Assembly: GCA_964510165.1 (NCBI GenBank)
Contig: CAZEBC010000128.1
Coordinates: forward strand, 1 to 10,469
Reading direction: 5' to 3'
From: an uncultured bacterium
Lineage (GTDB): Bacteria; Abyssobacteria; SURF-5
DNA length: 10,469 nt
The notes under the pieces were generated by a model, which was given only the letters and a program-made list of their open reading frames with translations, was not told the origin of the DNA and made no database searches. Numbering within the stretch: the stretch's first letter is position 1; every line of letters starts with the position of its first letter. The position numbers and the translations under genes were made by a program. Below are positions 1 through 5,979 of this stretch, piece by piece.

Positions 1-30
1 TCGCGATCCCGGCAACGCAAGGACCTCACA

Positions 31-1428
31 ATGGCCTATACGCTCGAACAGATGGAAGCCGTTTTTTCGCCACGGACCGTTGCGGTCATTGGCGCGCCCC
101 GCACTTTCAAGCCTGGTCTTGTCTTCCTGCAGGCGCTGCTCGACCCCGGCTTCAAGGGCGAGGTGTTCCCGATCAACCCGAACGCCGACCAGATACTCGG
201 CCTGAAGGCGTATCCCTCGCTGAGCGCAGTCCCGAAGAAGGTTGACCTCGCGATCGTGCTCGTTGGCATCGAGCAGGTGCAGGAGGTCATCGAGGATTGC
301 GCGCACAGCGGCGTCAAGACGGCGGTCGTCTTCACCTCCGGCTTCGGCGAAACGGGCGATCCCGCGGGAATCAAGCGCGAGCGCAAGATGCTCCAGACGG
401 CCCGCGCGGGCGGCATGCGCCTGGTTGGCCCCAACTGCATGGGCGTGTACAGCCCCGCGGCTGGGCTGGGCTTTTTCCCTGGCATGCCGACCACGGTCGG
501 CGACCTTGCGTTCGTCTCGCAGAGCGGCTCGCTCGGCGCGTTCGTCACGCTCATGAGCACGCTGCGCGGCATGAATCTGAGCAAGGTCGTCAGCATCGGC
601 AACGAATGCGACCTGTCGAGCGCCGACTTCTTCGATTACCTGGCTCAGGATGAACAGACGGGCGTCATCACCGCTTATCTTGAGGGCACGCGCAACGGCC
701 GCGCGCTACTCCGCTCGCTCAAGAACGCGTGCGCGCGCAAGCCCGTCATCGTGTGGAAGACGGGCGGCACGCAGGCGGGCGCTCGCGCGGTCGCGTCGCA
801 CACCGGCTCACTCGCCGGCTCTGACGCCGTGTGGGACTCGATGTTCAAGCAGGCGGGCGCCGTCCGCGCGCAGAGCTTGGAGGACATGATTGATATCGCG
901 ACGGCGTTCCACTACTTCCCCGGCGCCACAGGCAGACGCCTCGCCATCATCTCCGGACCCGGCGGCCCGGCGGTGGCGGCGTCCGATGCGCTCGAGCGCG
1001 CGGGGCTTCGGCTCGCCCGGCTCCAGCCCGAAACGATCAAGCGCCTCAGCGAATTCGTGCCTCCGTCCGGGGCGAGCCTGCGCAATCCGGTCGACCTCGG
1101 CGTCGCCCCGTGGGGCATCATCTCGCTCTATTCCGACACGCTTCGCGTCGTTGACGCCGACCCCAATGTGGACGCCGTCTTGCTCATCGGCGGGGGACTG
1201 ACTCCTTCGGCCCAACAGGAATATCTCGATTACATGGTCGGTTTGAAACCCAGCCTCAAGAAGCCCTGCATCCTCATCAGCCTCGCAGGCTTCACGGGCG
1301 ACCTCGAGTCCGCCCGCAAGCTCCAATCCGCGGGCTACCCCCTTTACACCGGCCCCGAGCGCGCCCTCGCCTCTTATCAAAAGGTGGTCGAGTATCAAGA
1401 ATGGCGTGCCGGCGCGTCTGCACGCTGA
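31..1428 (+). CDS. Acyl-CoA synthetase (NDP-forming) alpha subunit / CoA-binding domain protein (acetate--CoA ligase family)
   Basis: 465 aa ORF with RBS AAGGA at about 19-23. Family motifs: PRTVAVIGA, FPINP, GLKAYPSL, VDLAIV, SGFGE, GPNCMG, SQSG, VSIGNECDL, YLEG, phospho-His loop ASHTGSLAG, NPVDL. No C-terminal ATP-grasp (beta) domain. Confidence 0.92.
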   Translation: MAYTLEQMEAVFSPRTVAVIGAPRTFKPGLVFLQALLDPGFKGEVFPINPNADQILGLKAYPSLSAVPKKVDLAIVLVGIEQVQEVIEDCAHSGVKTAVVFTSGFGETGDPAGIKRERKMLQTARAGGMRLVGPNCMGVYSPAAGLGFFPGMPTTVGDLAFVSQSGSLGAFVTLMSTLRGMNLSKVVSIGNECDLSSADFFDYLAQDEQTGVITAYLEGTRNGRALLRSLKNACARKPVIVWKTGGTQAGARAVASHTGSLAGSDAVWDSMFKQAGAVRAQSLEDMIDIATAFHYFPGATGRRLAIISGPGGPAVAASDALERAGLRLARLQPETIKRLSEFVPPSGASLRNPVDLGVAPWGIISLYSDTLRVVDADPNVDAVLLIGGGLTPSAQQEYLDYMVGLKPSLKKPCILISLAGFTGDLESARKLQSAGYPLYTGPERALASYQKVVEYQEWRAGASAR

Positions 1429-1563
1429 ACGCTCTCTGTTTTCATCCTTTCCGAAATGTAGGATTCCTTACAGCAAGAAACCATGAGAACAGGCAGATTA
1501 TGTCTTAAGACTGCGGCTCAACCGCCGCGCTCCTGGTAACCGTTAACTTATGGGGGGAACCGT

Positions 1564-2430
1564 ATGAAATCGACCTACTCGTTTATCGTTACAGCCTGTC
1601 TCGTTGTCGCCAGTCTGATCCTCCTGACAACGGCGAAGGCTGATGCACAATCGAATTATTTTCAATCCTTCTGCGCCTCATGCCACAATAATGACACAGC
1701 CACCTGCAACGGCTGTCACGCCCACGGCGTGTGGCAGGATTCGTCAAGAACCGTAAAGAACCTGACCGCGACGACTGACCTGGACCTTTATCAGCCGGGC
1801 CAGACCGTGACCGTAACCTTCAGCGGCGGATACCGCACTGGCTGGATTCGCGCGATACTGTACGATCACAATGGAGCGGAGATTGACAGGGTGACCGGTC
1901 CGACGGGCATGGGCGATGACGGCAGCGGCTCGCCCGCCCAGCGGTTCCCGGTGTTGCTTTCGGCGGCCGCGCCGACAACCCCCGGATTCTATAGGTGGAC
2001 AGCCGCATGGTTCGGCTCGCCGTTTGATATAAGTAATCCGAATGTGTATCCCCACGTGGAAGAGCGCGTGCAGACCAACCAGTTCCAGGTCTTCACTCCT
2101 CCTACAAGCGCGCTCACCCGCATCAACCTGATATCGCCGATGCGGCAGGCCGTTCTGTCTGCTCCTCCCACCTTCACATGGGTCGCGGACGGCGGAACGC
2201 GCAACAGCTTTGCGGTTGATGCGAGTCTGACGCCCAATTTCGCAAAAACTTGGTCCACCCGCGAGAACCTGGGATTGACCATAAGCGGAACATCGTGGAC
2301 CATGTCTCAAGATGTGTGGAACAGAATCCCGGCGGGCAGCCGGGTCTTCTGGCGCGTGCGCGGGGCAGACCTGGATGCGCCTACGGTCACCATAATAAGG
2401 AGCGACGAGACGTTCTCGTTCTTCAAATGA
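1564..2430 (+). CDS. Secreted diheme c-type cytochrome with C-terminal beta-sandwich-like domains
   Basis: Sec signal peptide ending A-D-A (aa 1-28). Two CxxCH motifs: CASCH (1672-1686) and CNGCH (1705-1719). G-rich RBS (GGGGGGA) just upstream and a terminator downstream. Confidence 0.85.
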   Translation: MKSTYSFIVTACLVVASLILLTTAKADAQSNYFQSFCASCHNNDTATCNGCHAHGVWQDSSRTVKNLTATTDLDLYQPGQTVTVTFSGGYRTGWIRAILYDHNGAEIDRVTGPTGMGDDGSGSPAQRFPVLLSAAAPTTPGFYRWTAAWFGSPFDISNPNVYPHVEERVQTNQFQVFTPPTSALTRINLISPMRQAVLSAPPTFTWVADGGTRNSFAVDASLTPNFAKTWSTRENLGLTISGTSWTMSQDVWNRIPAGSRVFWRVRGADLDAPTVTIIRSDETFSFFK

Positions 2431-2473
2431 GCCGGACTAATTATTGAAAGCCTGGTTCCGCTGATATTGAATG

Positions 2474-2506
2474 GAGGGGCGCGATACCTCGCGTCCCTCT
2501 TTTCTT
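2474..2506 (+). terminator. Rho-independent terminator after the cytochrome gene
   Basis: 11 bp stem GAGGGGCGCGA (2474-2484) / TCGCGTCCCTC (2489-2499) with one G-U pair, loop TACC, followed by TTTTCTT. Confidence 0.85.
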
Positions 2507-2899
2507 GGCCTGTCGTGGCAGAAAATTGTACACTGGGTGTGACGGTTTTCGTAATAGCGACACGGAATGAACCTCGCCGTTTGAACGCGGGCGTCTCCGG
2601 CAGGAGCACCCGACAAGGCGTCGCCGCCCACTCATCTCCCACATAAGACATTGTCTCCCCATAACTTACGCGAGCGCTGAAGCAGCATGCTTTGCCCCCG
2701 ATTCCGCAGGTGGGATGCGCGTCAGCGAAGCGGACGGACCTAACCCCGGCACCCTCTTCTCCCACCTTTAGAACCCGAACGTATTTTCCTAGACGAACTC
2801 CGTGGCTTTGTACAAGTTTGTAATTCTCCGGGAGCCACAAACGAGCAAGCAATGCATATAACCGTATCAATGATAAGGCTTTGGGTATGTCGTCGGAAT

Positions 2900-2916
2900 T
2901 TGGCACCGTTCTTGCT
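2900..2916 (+). promoter_or_regulatory. Sigma54 (RpoN) -24/-12 promoter of the pilMNOPQ operon
   Basis: TTGGCACCGTTCTTGCT matches the YTGGCAC-N5-TTGCW consensus. GG (2902-2903) and GC (2914-2915) are separated by exactly 10 nt. It lies about 70 nt upstream of the pilM ATG. Confidence 0.85.
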
Positions 2917-2985
2917 CGACAAAAGCCGTCGTCGGCGAATCAGAATTTGCCGCAAAATGCGTCGGCATGTCAAGGGAGACAGACA

Positions 2986-4173
2986 ATGCTTGCCAAACAA
3001 AAAAAGACAATCGGCATCGATCTGGGTACGCATTCAGTCAAGGCCATCCAATTATCCAACTTTGGCACGGGTATCAAAGTGGATAAGGCGCTCCTGGTGA
3101 ACCTGGATTCCAGCGGCGACGAAGCGAGGCGCATGGAAAGCGCGACGCGGGCTTTGAGAAGTATCGCCTCCACCTTCGACACCAAGAAATCCACCATCGT
3201 CACTGCGTTGCCCGGCCAAGACACCTTCATCAGGTATCTTCGTTTCCCGAAGATGCCGCCCGAGGAACTCAAGAGTTCCATCCAGCTCGAGGCTGACCAG
3301 AACCTGCCATATGACCTCGTTGAAGTCTCGATGGACTCGGTCGTTCTGGAGGAGATCACTGAGCGCGCCGAAACCATCATGAAGATACTGCTGGTGGCGG
3401 CCAAGAACGAAATGATCAACAATACGCTCCACTTGCTGCAAGGTGTGGGGCTGTTCGCCAACGTCCTCGGAGTGACCACTCTGGCCATTTCCGACGCCTT
3501 CGAGATGAACCGCGGATTCAGGCCCGAGGAAACGGTAGCGCTCATCAACATCGGCGCGTCTTCAACCAATATTCACTTCTGCCGCGACGGCGTATCGAAT
3601 TTCACGCGCGACATCCTCCGCGGCGGGAGAGACCTGACGGCCGCCATCCAGAAGCTCCTGAAAGTGGGCTTCGAGGAGGCCGAACGGATGAAGATCGAAT
3701 ACAGCCGCGCGAATTCGGGCAAAGAGACCGCTCTCGCCCTTCAGGAAACAGGAGAAGAAGGCCCGCCGGAGCTCGGCGAGGCGGCCCTCGAGACGCCGCC
3801 CGACGATTTCGATACGGCGGATTCGACCGAGCCGATGGCGCCGGCCAAGAGCGACGAGGCCAGCCGCATCGTGAACGCGACGCGGCCCGCGCTCAACCGG
3901 CTTATCGGGGAGATTCGGCGGTCTATAGATTACTACGAGAAACAACTTTACGAAAAGAACGTGAACCGGCTCGTGCTCAGCGGGGGAACCGCAATGTATC
4001 CGGGTCTGGACCAGGCGCTCGCCGATGCGACGGGGGTGCCGGTCGAGATCGTGAATCCGGTGCAGGCGCTCATCGTTGAGGAGGACTCGCGCGAGGTGAA
4101 GGACCTGATCAGCAACCGAGCTCAGTTCAACGTAGCCGTCGGCCTGGCGGCCAGGGGGATGGAACAGTCATGA
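2986..4173 (+). CDS. pilM: Type IV pilus assembly protein PilM (actin/FtsA-like)
   Basis: Motifs IGIDLGTHSVK, ALINIGASST, GGRDLT, EIRRSIDYY, LSGGTA, VGLAARG. Start set at ATG 2986 (RBS AAGGGAG 2972-2978) rather than 2881. First gene of an MNOPQ-order cluster. Confidence 0.93.
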   Translation: MLAKQKKTIGIDLGTHSVKAIQLSNFGTGIKVDKALLVNLDSSGDEARRMESATRALRSIASTFDTKKSTIVTALPGQDTFIRYLRFPKMPPEELKSSIQLEADQNLPYDLVEVSMDSVVLEEITERAETIMKILLVAAKNEMINNTLHLLQGVGLFANVLGVTTLAISDAFEMNRGFRPEETVALINIGASSTNIHFCRDGVSNFTRDILRGGRDLTAAIQKLLKVGFEEAERMKIEYSRANSGKETALALQETGEEGPPELGEAALETPPDDFDTADSTEPMAPAKSDEASRIVNATRPALNRLIGEIRRSIDYYEKQLYEKNVNRLVLSGGTAMYPGLDQALADATGVPVEIVNPVQALIVEEDSREVKDLISNRAQFNVAVGLAARGMEQS

Positions 4174-4826
4174 TCAAGATCAATCTGCTGCCCAAAGAAT
4201 TCGTTCCGAAGAAGAGGAATTTCCTCCCGCACGTGGTCATCGGGGCGTTGGGGATCGTGTTGTTTGTGTGGTTCGTCTCCAGCCTGGCCACCACCTATTC
4301 AAGATTGCATGAGCGGGAGGCTCATCTCCAGCAACTGCATAAGGAGTTGGCGAGGCTTGATGAAGCGGTCACCCAGGTCAAGCAGCTTGAGATGGAAAAA
4401 GACCTGCTCTCGCGCAAGGAGAAGGCCGTCACCCAGATCATGGCGGGCCGGACCTTGTGGTCGCACGAACTCTTCGTGCTTGCGGGTCTCGTTCCCAATG
4501 AGATATGGCTTCACAACGTGGGTCTGAGTTCGCGGCGGCGGCCGGTTACGGTGGATGTCCCCAATCCGAACCGCAACCCCGGACAGCCGCCCACGGTGAA
4601 GAAGACCGTCATCCAATCGTTCCCCGCTCTGCGATTGACCGGGTACGCATTGTCGCCGCATCGGGAGAAGGGCGTCGAGCTGGTCGGCCAGTTCATCCGG
4701 AACATGAAGGAAGACGACATATTCTCCAAACGGTTCGTGTACCCGGAGATGCTTTCAATAGAGAGACAGCAGTATAAGGACCACACCGTGATGAAGTTCG
4801 TCATGGATTGCGAAATCGCACAATGA
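4170..4826 (+). CDS. pilN: Type IV pilus assembly protein PilN
   Basis: N-terminal MIKINLLP (PilM-binding INLLP motif), one TM helix, coiled coil, then PilN-type domain (VPNEIWL ... LRLTGYA). ATGA overlap with pilM. Confidence 0.9.
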   Translation: MIKINLLPKEFVPKKRNFLPHVVIGALGIVLFVWFVSSLATTYSRLHEREAHLQQLHKELARLDEAVTQVKQLEMEKDLLSRKEKAVTQIMAGRTLWSHELFVLAGLVPNEIWLHNVGLSSRRRPVTVDVPNPNRNPGQPPTVKKTVIQSFPALRLTGYALSPHREKGVELVGQFIRNMKEDDIFSKRFVYPEMLSIERQQYKDHTVMKFVMDCEIAQ

Positions 4827-4840
4827 AAGGCGGGGGACCT

Positions 4841-5428
4841 ATGGAATTGTTCAAGGACAGGGTAATCACAAAGGCAGACTGGATCATCATCGGCGTGTCG
4901 CTGTTCCTGCTGGTTCTCATGACCGCGGGGTACGTCGTCGTATCCAGCCTGATCAATGACCAGATTGACGCCGTGCAGGCGCAGGTCAACAAGACTCAGA
5001 CCAAGGTGGACGAGGCGCGCGCCATCGCCGCCAAGAAGGACGGCCTTCTGAAGGAACTGGAGTTTGTCAGACACAAGATATCGTCCTTCGAGGAGAAGCT
5101 TCCTACGGAAAAGGAAATACCGAGGCTGCTGAGACAGTTCCAGCAGATTGCGGAACTCAGCGGCGTCAAGTACCAGCTCATCACCGCCGAGCCGATCGAG
5201 GAACAGGAGATGTACGTGCGGGTGCCTTTCAAGGTCAAGGTCAAGGGCGCCTATCCTCAGATCGGGGAATTTCTCCGAAGCCTGGAGTTCGGCAACCGTT
5301 TCATCAAGGTCGAGGGCATGGATATCGGCCCGCAGGAAAAAGGCAACAGTGAGGCCGACTTCATTATCAGCACCTTTATGTTCGTAAACAGGGAATCCGG
5401 CACGCAAAGCGAGGTGACACAGTCATGA
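4841..5428 (+). CDS. pilO: Type IV pilus assembly protein PilO
   Basis: TM helix, coiled coil, LPTEKEIPRLL and KVKGAYPQIGEFL PilO-type motifs. ATG 4841 has a GGGGGA RBS; ATG 4823 (ATGA overlap with the pilN stop) is an alternative start. Confidence 0.9.
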   Translation: MELFKDRVITKADWIIIGVSLFLLVLMTAGYVVVSSLINDQIDAVQAQVNKTQTKVDEARAIAAKKDGLLKELEFVRHKISSFEEKLPTEKEIPRLLRQFQQIAELSGVKYQLITAEPIEEQEMYVRVPFKVKVKGAYPQIGEFLRSLEFGNRFIKVEGMDIGPQEKGNSEADFIISTFMFVNRESGTQSEVTQS

Positions 5429-5976
5429 AGGCGGACAAGAAGACGATACTTGCCGTGGTGCTCGGCCTGGTGGCCGTGGGAGTGGTGGGCTACCAACTGC
5501 TCGGGGTGTTGCCGAGCAACACGTCGTCGGCCAGAAATGCGGTCGCAGCGCCCACGCCTTCCCCGGTTGTGTCGGCGTCCAAGTCGGTGGAAGTGGTGAA
5601 GGCGGCCCAACCCAAGCCGCAGGTTCGCCCCTACGAGGACCTGATTGCGAGGCTGGAAGAGGACGACATGCCCTATCGGGACAACGCTTTCAGAAACCCG
5701 ATGGCGCCGCTGATCCATGAGGCGAAGCCGAAGGAGATCGCCGCCGCGCATGCGGATCCCAACGGTCCGCTCGATGCCATCGCGATGGGATACACCATCG
5801 AGGGGATCGTGTGGAACGATGTTCAGCCGCTGGCCATCGTGAACAACAAAGTCGTTGCAGTGGGAGAGACTCTCGATGACGGAGCGCTCGTCACCGATAT
5901 TAAGCCTAACCTCGTCAGTTTCAAGAAGAGTGGAAGAACTTACTACTTGGCTATCCAGAGAGAGGAGAGTAGGTGA
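5425..5976 (+). CDS. PilP-like protein (GspC-HR/GspB-like C-terminal domain) with an N-terminal TM anchor
   Basis: Sits between pilO and pilQ with an ATGA overlap. Has YRDNAFRNPM (PilP RDPF-like motif) and IEGIVW...LAIVNNKVVAVGETL beta domain. Contains no Cys, so no lipobox. Confidence 0.75.
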   Translation: MKADKKTILAVVLGLVAVGVVGYQLLGVLPSNTSSARNAVAAPTPSPVVSASKSVEVVKAAQPKPQVRPYEDLIARLEEDDMPYRDNAFRNPMAPLIHEAKPKEIAAAHADPNGPLDAIAMGYTIEGIVWNDVQPLAIVNNKVVAVGETLDDGALVTDIKPNLVSFKKSGRTYYLAIQREESR

Positions 5977-5979
5977 ACA

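Noticed and set aside
2881-2985. 35 aa N-terminal extension of PilM in the ORF track (TTG 2881)
   Set aside because: It overlaps the sigma54 promoter. ATG 2986 has a good RBS and puts the GIDLG motif at its usual N-terminal position.
2431-2985. Possible cyclic-dinucleotide (GEMM) riboswitch, tRNA or other ncRNA upstream of pilM or the cytochrome
   Set aside because: I could not find the GEMM GxAAA/GCAAA-type two-hairpin core or a cloverleaf by eye. An Infernal/Rfam scan would be needed to exclude them fully.
3062-3078. Second TGGCACG (-24-like) element inside pilM
   Set aside because: The -12 position reads TCAA rather than TTGC, and the site is intragenic.
2307-3100. ORFs across the cytochrome-pilM gap (2307-2906 minus, 2740-3033 minus, 2852-3100 plus and others)
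   Set aside because: No protein-like motifs, and they overlap a terminator, a promoter and neighbouring genes.
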